From Phycisphaerales bacterium (lineage in GTDB: Bacteria; Planctomycetota; Phycisphaerae; WQYP01): DNA of 61,376 nt. The position numbers and the translations under genes were made by a program. The DNA is taken from contig DAHVEJ010000002.1 of the NCBI GenBank assembly GCA_027313145.1, positions 8,843 to 70,218 on the forward strand, given 5' to 3'. The notes under the pieces were generated by a model. It was not told the origin of the DNA, did no database searches, and worked only from the letters and a program-made list of their open reading frames with translations. Positions 19,444-29,252 of the stretch are shown here, in pieces (the stretch's first letter is position 1; each line of letters opens with the position of its first letter).

Positions 19444-19656
19444 GATCACGGGAATAATATGTTACTGGAACGCCGCCCTGGGATCAATGCCCCAAGCCGT
19501 ACGAAAAAACTAAAAAATTATTAAAGTTATTGGGACGGCTTGCCGATAGTGTGCTATCGTTAGAGATTATCGGCATTGGACGCCGGGAATTTTCTCCTGT
19601 ACCACGTCGGCTTTTGCCGGCTTGGAATACGGATTGTTAAGCGAAAGGAGTCGCAC

Positions 19657-19842
19657 ATGAGCAAACCTGAAATGATGGATGAAATTATCCGCTTGAACCG
19701 CTCGGCCGGACGGGCTTTTCTTGAAAAATTTACCGAACAGGAATTGCAGGCGTACCTCTCGAGAATATCGCAGGCGCATACCATTAATTACTTGCCGCAA
19801 CTCGTGCAGCATCGGCACACGCCATGCTGGACTTGGGCGTAA
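19657..19842 (+). CDS. Small hypothetical protein (61 aa)
   Basis: ATG at 19657 preceded by AAAGGAG. Helical-looking MSKPEMMDEIIRLNRSAGRAFLEKFTEQELQAYLSRI. No family recognised. Confidence 0.4.
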   Translation: MSKPEMMDEIIRLNRSAGRAFLEKFTEQELQAYLSRISQAHTINYLPQLVQHRHTPCWTWA

Positions 19843-20526
19843 TACATTTAGCGCCTGCGAAGGTTGCTTGCTGCCACCTGCCCAAGGCTGGATTTCACTT
19901 CGCGTTTTCTAATGCGCCATGCCCCGTGTGGCTGTGAACCATAACGGAATCCGAAATTCCTTCGCCCTGCATCGAATGTTCCAGCATAATCCGCTGGTTT
20001 GCAGCGCGATCATGCGCAGTAAAACAAATAGCTTTTTGTCTTGGTTGTACTGTGTTGCCCGTCGCCGCATGGACGCCACCGCGGGAGGTGCCTTGGGCAC
20101 AACGGCTTGGGATATGGTCAAAAGACCTGTGCGAGCCGAGTTGTATCAAGATTGTTCCAGTAAACACGCCATCTGATGAGGTGCCGTCTGGCCTTGGTGA
20201 CTCGCGGCGCGCGTACAACTATCCAAGTGTTCTTCTGCATCTAATAATTATCGGACTCTTAGGACGCAAAATCGGGGAAATCATGGCGTCAGTTCCCAAT
20301 GAAAATGAGAAAACCGGTCGTTTTGATAAGAAGTGGTACAAGAATTGATGAAAAGTGGGACTTCCAATTCCAGGGCAAGCGCGTCAAACTATAGCTAGCA
20401 ACAAACGCGTTTCCGCGATTTCAAAGGTTAGGAACGGACATTGTGGCCAATGTCGGCAATAACGGACGCCGTTAAATGAGCTTGTTATTTTTGAATTTGT
20501 CAGATTTTTTTTAAGGAGTAAGAGAC

Positions 20527-22380
20527 ATGCCTTCAGTAACATCCAAATCACGTAAAGGTATCGCAATTCTTTCCGCGGGAGCGGCGGCGCTGGTCTTAAC
20601 CGGCTTGGGGGGCTTTCCCGCTTCGGCGGACAACCTCGCTTGGAATCCCAACCAAAGCACGGCAGGTGGAACCAATGGCAACGGCACATGGAACAGCACC
20701 GGTACGAATTGGTACGACACCACAACCACCACCACGGAACCTGTGGCGTGGGCTAACGGCGATGGCGCTTACTTTGGTACCGCCGCTGGCGGCAGCGGCA
20801 GCTATACGGTTACCTTGGGCAGCAGCACCGGCACCTATTCCACCACTGCCTTGGGGGTTAATGCGGGCAACTCTTATGTGCTTGACGGCGGCGGTGGCAC
20901 CGTTAGCAGCAGCGGGCAATTGCTGGCCAACGGCAACCTCACACTTGAAAATATCACAGTTGAAAATACCGACTCCAGCAACTCGCCCTCCTCAGGGGGG
21001 ATTTCACAGGCTTCGGGTGGCACACTTACTATTGGCTCGGGGGCTTCGCTGGATATTAACCACATAGCCACAGGTGTAAACACGCCCGGTATAATAAACG
21101 TGAATAGCGGCGGATACCTTGGCACAAGTGCTGCCTCCTCACGGATTCAAATAAACTATGGTACAGCAACCTCGGGCAACGTGTTTAATGATAACGGCGG
21201 CACCGTCAATATGACCGGCAGCGGTACAATTGTCTTTCTAACTGACGCTGCCAGCGGCCCATCCGGTACGACCGGAACACTCAACGTCGGTGCTGGCGGA
21301 ACGGGCGGAACCGTTACCGTGAGCCAAATCAGCAGCGGCGGGAGCGCTGCGGGGCAGACGGGCATCTTAAACGTGGATGGCGGCACAGTTACAGCGACAG
21401 ACACGCCGTCAATCACTGCTGGAAGTACCACCAATAAGAACTTGGTGACGACCATCGTAAACTTGAACGGCGGCGTGCTTTCGGTTCACGACATTACCGA
21501 ATCGCTCAATGGCACATCCAAGAGCACGTACACCCTCCAGCCTAACACCACCATCGTAAACTTCAACGGCGGAACGCTTCAGGAGTATAACGCCAGTGTT
21601 GGCCTGGTCGCGAACCCCAACAGCAGCACCTACACCCCGTCTAATCTCAATGTTCTCAACGGTGGTGCGGTCATCGATAATAACGGATTTAATGTTACTG
21701 TCTATAATCCATTGCTGCAGGGAACCAACGCCGACGGCACCCTATCCACGGGTGGCCTGAAAGTGATTAACAGCGGTACGGGTGGCTCGCTGACACTTGT
21801 GGGGCCCAGCACCTATACCGGTGTAACTGAAATAACATCCGGCGCGACACTTCAACTGTCGGGCCATACGGACAGCAGCGCCCAAGGTGGCTTCTCCGGC
21901 CTGGCCAGCATCGCAGATACCAGTTCACTGCAGATCGACTCCGGCGGGACGTTCATGGTTATTCATGATGGGGTCGGGAATCAGATCAGCGTTGGCGGGC
22001 TGAATCTGCAAGGTGGTACCATCGACTTAGGCTTTGCCGGCGGCTCTGTGCAGCATCTGCTGGTCGGCAGTAAAGCGGCAGTCAGTGGGACAAATATTAT
22101 CAATTTGTCTGATTTAAGCGGCGGAAAGACGGCCGTCCCCACGGGAACCTACACGCTGATTGCCGATACCGCCGGCGGTTTGACCGGAACCTTCGAATTT
22201 AGCAACGGTTCTGACACCGGCACACTCACGGTTGGCAGCAATACCTACACCGGTACATTGAATAACTCAGACACCGCTGAAACCCTGACCGTCAGCGCTG
22301 TACCTGAACCGACCACTGTGGCGCTGCTGGCGCTGGGCGGCTTGGGCTTGCTGATTCGGCGGCGCAAATCTGCCGTTTGA
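20527..22380 (+). CDS. PEP-CTERM-anchored secreted protein with autotransporter-associated beta-strand repeats
   Basis: Signal peptide, Gly/Thr/Ser-rich repeats (GGTLTIGSGASL, GATLQLSG), C-terminal VPEPTTVALLALGGLGLLIRRRK sorting signal. AAGGAG Shine-Dalgarno. Confidence 0.85.
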   Translation: MPSVTSKSRKGIAILSAGAAALVLTGLGGFPASADNLAWNPNQSTAGGTNGNGTWNSTGTNWYDTTTTTTEPVAWANGDGAYFGTAAGGSGSYTVTLGSSTGTYSTTALGVNAGNSYVLDGGGGTVSSSGQLLANGNLTLENITVENTDSSNSPSSGGISQASGGTLTIGSGASLDINHIATGVNTPGIINVNSGGYLGTSAASSRIQINYGTATSGNVFNDNGGTVNMTGSGTIVFLTDAASGPSGTTGTLNVGAGGTGGTVTVSQISSGGSAAGQTGILNVDGGTVTATDTPSITAGSTTNKNLVTTIVNLNGGVLSVHDITESLNGTSKSTYTLQPNTTIVNFNGGTLQEYNASVGLVANPNSSTYTPSNLNVLNGGAVIDNNGFNVTVYNPLLQGTNADGTLSTGGLKVINSGTGGSLTLVGPSTYTGVTEITSGATLQLSGHTDSSAQGGFSGLASIADTSSLQIDSGGTFMVIHDGVGNQISVGGLNLQGGTIDLGFAGGSVQHLLVGSKAAVSGTNIINLSDLSGGKTAVPTGTYTLIADTAGGLTGTFEFSNGSDTGTLTVGSNTYTGTLNNSDTAETLTVSAVPEPTTVALLALGGLGLLIRRRKSAV

Positions 22381-22402
22381 TGCGGTGATACTGGATAAGA
22401 AG

Positions 22403-22438
22403 AGGGCGGACCCCAATGGCTCCGCCCTTTTTTATTTT
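22403..22438 (+). terminator. Rho-independent terminator after the PEP-CTERM gene
   Basis: AGGGCGGA (22403-22410) pairs with TCCGCCCT (22421-22428), 10-nt loop, followed by TTTTTTATTTT. Lies 23 nt after the stop. Confidence 0.75.
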
Positions 22439-22557
22439 GTTTGAAATGCAGACGATTCATACGCCGATTGTATGGCACGAAATGGGGCGCTTTTGTGTGA
22501 TAAACCTAAGCGCATCGTAGCGCCTGGTAGCGCTGTGGCCATGCAAGGTCATGATGG

Positions 22558-22590
22558 AGAAAAGCCGCTATCCATGCAGGAAAGCGGCTT
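22558..22590 (-). terminator. Possible terminator downstream of tRNA-Ala
   Basis: Minus-strand AAGCCGCT / AGCGGCTT 8-bp stem (22562-22569 / 22583-22590) followed by a short UUUU. Confidence 0.4.
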
Positions 22591-22612
22591 AAATCAAGGT
22601 GTATCAACCGAC

Positions 22613-22683
22613 TGGAGACGAGGGGAATCGAACCCCCATCTGCGCATTGCGAACGCGCCGTCCTCCCATTGAACGACGTCCCC
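22613..22683 (-). tRNA. tRNA-Ala (anticodon CGC)
   Basis: Hand fold: GGGGACG TC GTTC AATGGGA GGAC G GCGCG TTCGCAA TGCGC AGAT GGGGG TTCGATT CCCCT CGTCTCC A. G3:U70 wobble, the Ala identity element, is present. CCA not encoded. Confidence 0.8.
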
Positions 22684-22876
22684 GAGTACAGGTACTAAAT
22701 TAACGGATTCGGGGGTTTTAAGCAACTATGCCGCCGGCGGCCGTTAGGTTACAGGTGACAGGTGACAGCGAGGCTGGGGTAACGTGAGTAATAAGTAAAT
22801 GCAGAGTTGAGAGTTGGAAGATTCTGGAAGCTTAGCGGTTTGCTAAATTCCTGGTTCGCGGTTCCAAGCTCCCAAT

Positions 22877-22904
22877 TCTAGATTCCAGGCTCTAGATTCC
22901 AGGT
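22877..22904. repeat. 14-bp tandem duplication spanning the ruvX stop codon
   Basis: tctagattccaggc (22877-22890) followed immediately by tctagattccaggt (22891-22904). The second copy encodes the last ruvX codons plus TAG. Confidence 0.75.
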
Positions 22905-23320
22905 TCGTGGCTGCTGGCGGTCAGATAGTCGGTGAGGATTTGGGCAGCGGCGATGGCGTCGATGCGGCGGCGTTTTTGCAGGCGGGTGTATTGACCGGCA
23001 ATGCGCGATTCGGCGGCGAAGGTGCTTAGACGTTCATCTACGCTGATAATGCGTTTGCCGGTGGCGGTTTCGAGCAGGGCAATGATCTTTTGCGTAAGCC
23101 GGACGCGCGGGCCGGCGGAGCCGTCCATGTTAAGGGGCAGGCCGCAGATGAGAATATCGATTTGTTCTTGTTCAACAATGCGCTTGATGGCTGCGACGAG
23201 TTGGGTTTCCGTAAGATTTTCCAGTAATGCAAACGGCGTGGCCAGACGCGTATCGGTATCGGCGATGGCTAAGCCGGTGCGTTTATCTCCGAAGTCGATT
23301 GCCATGATTCGTTGTGACAT
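22892..23320 (-). CDS. ruvX: Holliday junction resolvase-like / pre-16S rRNA nuclease RuvX (YqgF)
   Basis: MAIDFGDKRTGLAIAD start motif, LPLNMDGS, DERLST. Confidence 0.9.
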   Translation of the reverse strand: MSQRIMAIDFGDKRTGLAIADTDTRLATPFALLENLTETQLVAAIKRIVEQEQIDILICGLPLNMDGSAGPRVRLTQKIIALLETATGKRIISVDERLSTFAAESRIAGQYTRLQKRRRIDAIAAAQILTDYLTASSHEPGI

Positions 23321-23456
23321 AGTTGTGCCTGTTGGAAATTAGAACTTGGAACCTGGAATTTAGCATCAGGGATATTGCCTTTTGCCTGAAAGTAAACATT
23401 CGGCCAATAGGCGAGATGCCTGCGTTATACGTCGGGATACGAACTCCTTTCATCCT

Positions 23457-23481
23457 AAAAAGGTACCTGACACCTTTTTCT
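23457..23481. repeat. Copy 1 of exact 25-nt hairpin element AAAAAGGTACCTGACACCTTTTTCT
   Basis: 8-bp inverted repeat AAAAAGGT / ACCTTTTT around a 7-nt loop. Lies 15 nt downstream of the manC stop and 137 nt upstream of the ruvX ATG. Confidence 0.85.
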
Positions 23482-23495
23482 ATAATCCTCCGCGT

Positions 23496-24566
23496 TCACG
23501 TATACTTTTCTGGGTATTGCTGCTGGATCTGGGCTACCAATTGTTTAATTTGCTCGGTTTTATTGGCGGGGCAGATCAAGGTGGCGGCGGGGGTGTGGAC
23601 GATTACCATGTCCTTCAGACCGATGGTTGCAATGAGATGGTCATTTTCGGATATTGCCAGTACCTCGGAGGAATCCAGGGACGCAAGTTGGCAGCCGATG
23701 GCGCGGTTGTCGGAGGCATCGGGGGATATGGTGGCGGCTACGGAATTCCAGTTGCCTACATCCAGCCAATTTACCGGCATGGGGACCATGGCAACATGTG
23801 TGGATTTCTCCATGACGGCATAATCAATGCTGATCTTGGGCAACGTGGGATATATTTCCGCCAGGATACGTTTAAAATCTTTGGTTCCCCAGGCGGCGGC
23901 GATTTTCATCACGCCGTCATAGGATTGGGGCAAATGCGTTTGCAGTTGCTTTAATATGGTCTGCGTTTTCCAGACAAACATTCCGCTGTTCCAGAAATAC
24001 TTACCGGATTGCACATATTGCCGGGCCACAGCTTCCACGGGCTTTTCCTTAAAGGCGGTGACTTTATACGCCCCGGCACCCAGTTCGGTGCCGCGTTCCA
24101 CATAGCCATAACCTGTTGCAGCGTGTGTGGGTTTAATGCCGAAGGTCACCAGATATTCCGGATATTGATCAACCATGTCAAAGGCGGTGCGTAGAGCATG
24201 CTGAAAAACATCCAACGGTTCAATAATATGATCCGCCGTGAGAATGGCCATGGCCGAGTCGGGCTTGACTTGGGCCAGCACGGCGGCTGAAAGGGCCACG
24301 GCATTGGCGGTATCGCGGCCCATGGGTTCACCGATGACCTGGTTTTCCGGCAACATTGCCAAGTCCGCCAGCACTTGGTCGCAATAACTTGCTGACGTGC
24401 ACACATACACGCCGGCGGGTTCAATGAGGCCGCGCAGTCGGCCAACGGCGATGGACAAAAGCGATTTTCCGCCGATAAAACGCAACAATTGTTTGGGACG
24501 CAGCCGTGTGGACATCGGCCAAAGCCGCGTCCCAGAACCACCCGCCATAATTACCGCAAAACGCAT
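23496..24566 (-). CDS. manC: Mannose-1-phosphate guanylyltransferase
   Basis: FAVIMAGGSGTRLWPMS nucleotidyltransferase signature, VIGEPMGRDTANAV, YGYVERG, NSGMFVW. Confidence 0.9.
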   Translation of the reverse strand: MRFAVIMAGGSGTRLWPMSTRLRPKQLLRFIGGKSLLSIAVGRLRGLIEPAGVYVCTSASYCDQVLADLAMLPENQVIGEPMGRDTANAVALSAAVLAQVKPDSAMAILTADHIIEPLDVFQHALRTAFDMVDQYPEYLVTFGIKPTHAATGYGYVERGTELGAGAYKVTAFKEKPVEAVARQYVQSGKYFWNSGMFVWKTQTILKQLQTHLPQSYDGVMKIAAAWGTKDFKRILAEIYPTLPKISIDYAVMEKSTHVAMVPMPVNWLDVGNWNSVAATISPDASDNRAIGCQLASLDSSEVLAISENDHLIATIGLKDMVIVHTPAATLICPANKTEQIKQLVAQIQQQYPEKYT

Positions 24567-24674
24567 TCGGATCCTTTCCTTGTTCTAACACCGTCGTACC
24601 GCCGACATCTTGCCTGCACGTAAACATGCGACGCGCTGCCGGGACGCGTGCGTAACCTAAAGCCTTTTCTGCCA

Positions 24675-24699
24675 AAAAAGGTACCTGACACCTTTTTCT
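24675..24699. repeat. Copy 2 of exact 25-nt hairpin element AAAAAGGTACCTGACACCTTTTTCT
   Basis: Identical 25-mer, same orientation. Lies 109 nt upstream of the manC ATG and about 150 nt upstream of the divergent gene at 24848. Confidence 0.85.
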
Positions 24700-24847
24700 T
24701 GCTGGGTTTCACTGCCAGCAGAGGCGGCGGTTTTGGGAAGTATCGGAGCACCGTCGCAGTGCCGGGCGGTCTTCTAACTCCCCGTCGCCGCTCTCTGTTA
24801 TAATCGATTTTGGACGGGGGATAAATCGGGCGGATGAATGGGAATTG

Positions 24848-26458
24848 ATGATGATGAAGTATTTTCTACGCTTTGCGGCAGTGGGCACGGCCTGGGTATT
24901 AGCGGTGGCGGCGGGACGCGCAATCGCGGCTACCAAGCCGGCAGCTCCGGTCGCGGACAGCTCTGTTGTGTTAGCCAGCCCTGAAATCAACGCACAAAAG
25001 CATGAATTTACGGTACCTGCGGCTTTTTGGAATGAACATCTCACGGATTGGCTGGATGTGGCATTATGCGGGCGGCCCAGTAATTTTCTTCATGAAACTG
25101 TGTTAAGTGTCCAAACCACGCGGCATATTTTAAAAACTGCGTTTCGCGGCGTTGGCTATCATTCCGCTACCAAGTGGTCGCCGGACCTTAGCGATTTCGG
25201 CTTTATTCGGGGGCAGCCGGTGTTGATACTGGTGCAGTTTCAACTCCACGGCAAGCCGCAGACCTTTCTTCTGGATGAATTAATTGAATTTCGCGCGTGG
25301 CATGTTTCAGTCGGCCCATTCGGTTGGCTGTATCTTGGCACGCGTAATCCGTATGGGGTGCCGGCAGGACCGCAACCCCGGGCTGGGCAGCACGTTGATC
25401 CGGCGGTAATTCTGGCGGACGACCCGCAGGCGGCGATGCAGTTTCGCGGCATTCAACATGCCTCGCAAGCGTTGCTGGATTTTCCACTGTGTTTTGATAA
25501 CTGGATTTATCCTAATATCCGTTATCACCGCAATGTCGCGGTGCTTTCCATGAAGGTTTTCAACAGCAATGGAAAAATTCCCGTGCAATTGGTTGTTCGC
25601 CGCGTTTCGGAGGTGCAATATCTGCAGGCGGCGGAAAAATATTGGCACGATCCGGCATTTGCCGCCTATATTAAGCGGCAGTTGCCGGTGGCAAAATATG
25701 TGGATGCGGCACGGCGGAAATTGTGGCAGAGGATTAATGCGAAACACCTTTCGTGGACGAATTGGCACGTAGAGCGCTGTGTGGCGCGGTTGCGGTACGG
25801 ATACGCGCAGCTTCAGGCGGCATGGGTGGCGTGGGATGTGGCCCATGCGCGATTTCGTGCCGCCAATAATTTGTCAAAATTACAGGTAGCGGCGCAGGCA
25901 AGATTATTTTTATCGCATTTGCAGCAGGTTGCGAAAAGCGATCATCAGCAATGGTTGGCGACGCAGGCATTTGACCGATTGCAGCAACTTAAAAAATCGC
26001 CCACAAAAGCGAATGCTGCCGCTATTCGGCGTTTGCAGGCGGCGGAACTGGCCGACAGGTCGCGGGCGCTTCTGTATTCGACTAGGCAGGATTTGGAATA
26101 CTGGCAGCTAAAAAAGCAGCGGCTCAAACCCAATGATCCACGAAAAATCTGGATACGCGATGTCAAGAGTCAATATGCCTTGGCCCAGGCTCAAAAGGCA
26201 ATGGGGGAGGCAGGCCTGGCTTATGCGGCGGCGATGAAGGCCGGCGGGGCGGAGAAGGCGCAGCACCAGTATCTTGCGGCTATTTTGCAGGTATCTTTGG
26301 CCAAGGAAAAGGTGGCGCTGGTCAATGTGGAGTTCCACCTTACCAATGATCAGGGCTTTGTCAGTGTCCGGCATATGGCGGCGTTAAAAGCGCAAAAAGC
26401 GGCGATTGTTAAGCAAATTAACCAGATTATCGAGCAGTTAAAGAAGCTGAAAAGTTAG
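24848..26458 (+). CDS. Secreted hypothetical protein, globular N-domain + long Ala/Gln/Lys-rich helical C-terminal half
   Basis: Signal peptide MMMKYFLRFAAVGTAWVLAVAAGRAIA. The N-domain (TDWLDVALCGRPSNFLHETVL) faintly recalls YdjY-like domains. The C-terminal ~230 aa looks coiled-coil-like. Confidence 0.6.
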   Translation: MMMKYFLRFAAVGTAWVLAVAAGRAIAATKPAAPVADSSVVLASPEINAQKHEFTVPAAFWNEHLTDWLDVALCGRPSNFLHETVLSVQTTRHILKTAFRGVGYHSATKWSPDLSDFGFIRGQPVLILVQFQLHGKPQTFLLDELIEFRAWHVSVGPFGWLYLGTRNPYGVPAGPQPRAGQHVDPAVILADDPQAAMQFRGIQHASQALLDFPLCFDNWIYPNIRYHRNVAVLSMKVFNSNGKIPVQLVVRRVSEVQYLQAAEKYWHDPAFAAYIKRQLPVAKYVDAARRKLWQRINAKHLSWTNWHVERCVARLRYGYAQLQAAWVAWDVAHARFRAANNLSKLQVAAQARLFLSHLQQVAKSDHQQWLATQAFDRLQQLKKSPTKANAAAIRRLQAAELADRSRALLYSTRQDLEYWQLKKQRLKPNDPRKIWIRDVKSQYALAQAQKAMGEAGLAYAAAMKAGGAEKAQHQYLAAILQVSLAKEKVALVNVEFHLTNDQGFVSVRHMAALKAQKAAIVKQINQIIEQLKKLKS

Positions 26459-26654
26459 TGTCGCTCTGCGTGGCGTTGGAATTTGGATTCTGTACTCTCG
26501 CATCATGTAAAACGATTCGCCGTTCTTCGCACTTTTATATCCTAACTTTTACCTAATGTCTTGCCCGCGACTTTCGGGGGTTGCTATTTAGGGGGGATTT
26601 GGTGCATAATGAATTTGGCGGAGGCTGGTCCGAGGTTGAAAAGGACTGGCTTCT

Positions 26655-28097
26655 ATGTTTCAGGGTTATGAGATTGGCGGGCTTTTCGACGAAATGTTCG
26701 AGAAGCCCGATTGTCCAAGGCCGCACTATGACGCACTGTATTCCCGGGTCCATGACCTGGGGATGACGGCTTTGCAGCACCGTAGCCGCATGGCGGATAT
26801 ATGTTTTCGCAATCAAGGTATCACCTTTACGGTGTATAAAGATACCTTGGGTGTGGAAAAAATATTCCCGTTTGATTTAATTCCCCGCATTATCCCCGAC
26901 CGGGAATGGGCCCATTTAGAACGCGGGCTTATCCAACGCATCACCGCTTTAAACCTCTTCTGCCACGATATTTACCACAAGCAGGATATTCTGCGCGAAA
27001 AGATCATTGACGCCGAATTAATTTACGGTGCCAAAATGTTCCGCCGCGAAATGATTGGTGTAAATATCCCGCGAGATATTTACATCACGATCTGCGGGAC
27101 GGATTTAATCCGCGATGCCCAGGGAAATTATCTGGTATTGGAAGATAACTGTCGCACGCCCAGCGGTGTGAGTTACGTGCTGGAAAACCGGGCGATTATG
27201 AAGCGGGTGTTCCCGGCGTTGTTTCAAGCGGCGCGCGTCCGGGCGATTGAAGATTACCCGCATAATTTACTGCGGTGTCTTAAGCACCTGGCTCCGCCGG
27301 AAGTGGATGATCCCTGCATTGTTGTGCTCACGCCCGGTGTATTTAATTCCGCGTATTTTGAGCACAGTTTTCTAGCCCGGCAGATGGGGGTGGAACTGGT
27401 GGAGGGCAGAGATCTGCTGGTGGAAGACAATTACATTTACATGCGCACCACCGCGGGCCTGCGGCGCGTGGATGTTATCTACCGCAGGGTGGATGATGAT
27501 TTTCTTGATCCACTGTGTTTCAGGCCGGATTCCATGCTGGGCGTTGCGGGGCTTATGAATGTGTACCGCCTGGGGCATGTCGCCTTGGCGAATTCCGTTG
27601 GAACGGGTGTCGCTGATGACAAAGCTATCTATCCATTTGTGCCGGATATGATCCGTTTTTATCTGGCGGAAGAGCCGATTCTGCCAAGCGTGCCCACCTA
27701 TATTTGCAGTCGTCCGGATGATCGCAAATATGTGCTGGAGCATCTGGATCAACTGGTGGTCAAAGCGACCAATGAGGCCGGCGGGTATGGCATGTTAATG
27801 GGCCATCAGGCCACTCCGGAGGAACGCGACGAGTTTGCGTGCAAGATTCGCGATAACCCGAGAAATTTTATTGCTCAGCCGGTGGTGCAGTTAAGCCAAC
27901 AGCCCAGTTTGGTGGATGGGGCGCTGCGGGGCCGGCGGATTGATCTTCGTCCTTACATTCTCTATGGGGAAAAAATCGCCGTCATGCCCGGCGGGCTGAC
28001 GCGCGTGGCGTTGCGGGAGGGTTCACTGGTGGTGAACAGTTCGCAGGGCGGTGGCAGCAAAGATACCTGGGTTCTTGAATCGGAGCATAAACGATGA
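26655..28097 (+). CDS. Circularly permuted ATP-grasp protein (COG2308 type)
   Basis: N-terminus MFQGYE...DEMF...[76 protein letters not shown]. Confidence 0.85.
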   Translation: MFQGYEIGGLFDEMFEKPDCPRPHYDALYSRVHDLGMTALQHRSRMADICFRNQGITFTVYKDTLGVEKIFPFDLIPRIIPDREWAHLERGLIQRITALNLFCHDIYHKQDILREKIIDAELIYGAKMFRREMIGVNIPRDIYITICGTDLIRDAQGNYLVLEDNCRTPSGVSYVLENRAIMKRVFPALFQAARVRAIEDYPHNLLRCLKHLAPPEVDDPCIVVLTPGVFNSAYFEHSFLARQMGVELVEGRDLLVEDNYIYMRTTAGLRRVDVIYRRVDDDFLDPLCFRPDSMLGVAGLMNVYRLGHVALANSVGTGVADDKAIYPFVPDMIRFYLAEEPILPSVPTYICSRPDDRKYVLEHLDQLVVKATNEAGGYGMLMGHQATPEERDEFACKIRDNPRNFIAQPVVQLSQQPSLVDGALRGRRIDLRPYILYGEKIAVMPGGLTRVALREGSLVVNSSQGGGSKDTWVLESEHKR

Positions 28098-29167
28098 GTC
28101 GCGCGGCATTACTAACTTCTTCCGAGTCGGCTAAACGGTTGCCGCGAGCCCTTCTGGCCCGCGTAGCGGACGCCAGTTATTGGATGAGCCGGTACATTGA
28201 ACGCGCTGAACATATTGCGCGGATACTGATGGTCAGTGTGGATTCACTCACCGGCGCGGAGGAGATGGATCCCGAACTTTCGCATCAGGCTGTGGTGGAT
28301 GTGCTGAAAATTACATGGCAGGAACATATGTTGCCGGAACTTGTAAAGCCGGAACATACGCCCCTTCAGGCACTGATGGAGGTGGCAAAATATATGGCTC
28401 TGGATGCGTCCAACCCCATCAGCCTGATGAGCTGCCTGACCAAAGCGCGGGAAAACGCGCGATCCATCCGCGAAAGTATTTCCAATGAAATGTGGGAACA
28501 GCTTAATACGCTGTACTGGTCGCTGAAAGCGGATGACGCGGTGGCGCGTTTTGATGATTCGCCGCAGGAATTTTTCCGACAGATGCTCACAGGTTCTCTA
28601 CTGTTGCAGGGGCTGGCGGATCAAACCATTGACCATGGACAAGCGTGGCTGTTTATTCAGCTTGCAAAATATCTCGAGCGGGCGGATATGACCTGCCGAA
28701 TCCTGGTGGCCAAATATCAGACCTTGCAACGTCTGGATTCTGTCGCCTCACTGGATTCGGCGGCGCGGGTGATTCAATGGATGGCGATTTTGCGATCCTG
28801 TTGTTCTATTGAAGCATTTCGCCGCGCCAATGTCGGTGAAATTGATCCGGGTCTGGTAGCGGGATTTATTCTTTTTGAGCCAACCTTCCCGCGCAGTGTT
28901 CATTTCTGCGTTCAGCATGCCCTGGAAGCGGTGGATCGGATTCGTTCCGTTCTGGCGGCGGACGCCGGACGCGATGCGCAACGCCGACTGGGGCGCTTAT
29001 TTGCGGAACTGCAATATTCCCGAGCAGCCACTACGCAGGACAAAGGGTTGCTGGCGTTTCTGGAACAGATACGCAACTCCGCGGCCGACGCTTCCATTGC
29101 GGTGCAGGAGCAATGGCTGATGCGCACGGGCGAGGAGGCGTCACGCTTGGAACTGGTGATGGGATAA
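28094..29167 (+). CDS. Alpha-E domain protein (COG2307 type)
   Basis: [26 protein letters not shown] hallmark N-terminus. ATGA overlap with the upstream ATP-grasp stop. Confidence 0.8.
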   Translation: MSRAALLTSSESAKRLPRALLARVADASYWMSRYIERAEHIARILMVSVDSLTGAEEMDPELSHQAVVDVLKITWQEHMLPELVKPEHTPLQALMEVAKYMALDASNPISLMSCLTKARENARSIRESISNEMWEQLNTLYWSLKADDAVARFDDSPQEFFRQMLTGSLLLQGLADQTIDHGQAWLFIQLAKYLERADMTCRILVAKYQTLQRLDSVASLDSAARVIQWMAILRSCCSIEAFRRANVGEIDPGLVAGFILFEPTFPRSVHFCVQHALEAVDRIRSVLAADAGRDAQRRLGRLFAELQYSRAATTQDKGLLAFLEQIRNSAADASIAVQEQWLMRTGEEASRLELVMG

Positions 29168-29252
29168 ACGGTTGGTTGCCCTGGCAGGCGGGCCGCTGAA
29201 ATTACAACAGCGACTGGGAGGTCGTGGAAGTGGTGTTTTGGAGTTTTATTGA

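Noticed and set aside
19895-20218. Possible tyrosine-recombinase (P4-like integrase) remnant near tRNA-Val: CFTAHDRAANQRIMLEHSMQGEGISDSVMVHSH vaguely resembles the HDLRRT...LNH box
   Set aside because: The match needs gaps and lacks the upstream Arg box and the catalytic Tyr. The ORF is only 107 aa and sits on the 5' side of the tRNA rather than the usual 3' integration side. No direct repeat of the tRNA 3' end was seen. The 19843-20526 gap stays unexplained.
26459-26654. Small substrate-peptide ORF or promoter upstream of the ATP-grasp cluster (track ORF 26581-26766; TTGCTA..CATAAT)
   Set aside because: The ORF overlaps the ATP-grasp start in another frame and has no Shine-Dalgarno. The promoter-like hexamers have 18-nt spacing and weak matches. 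Not supportable from sequence alone.
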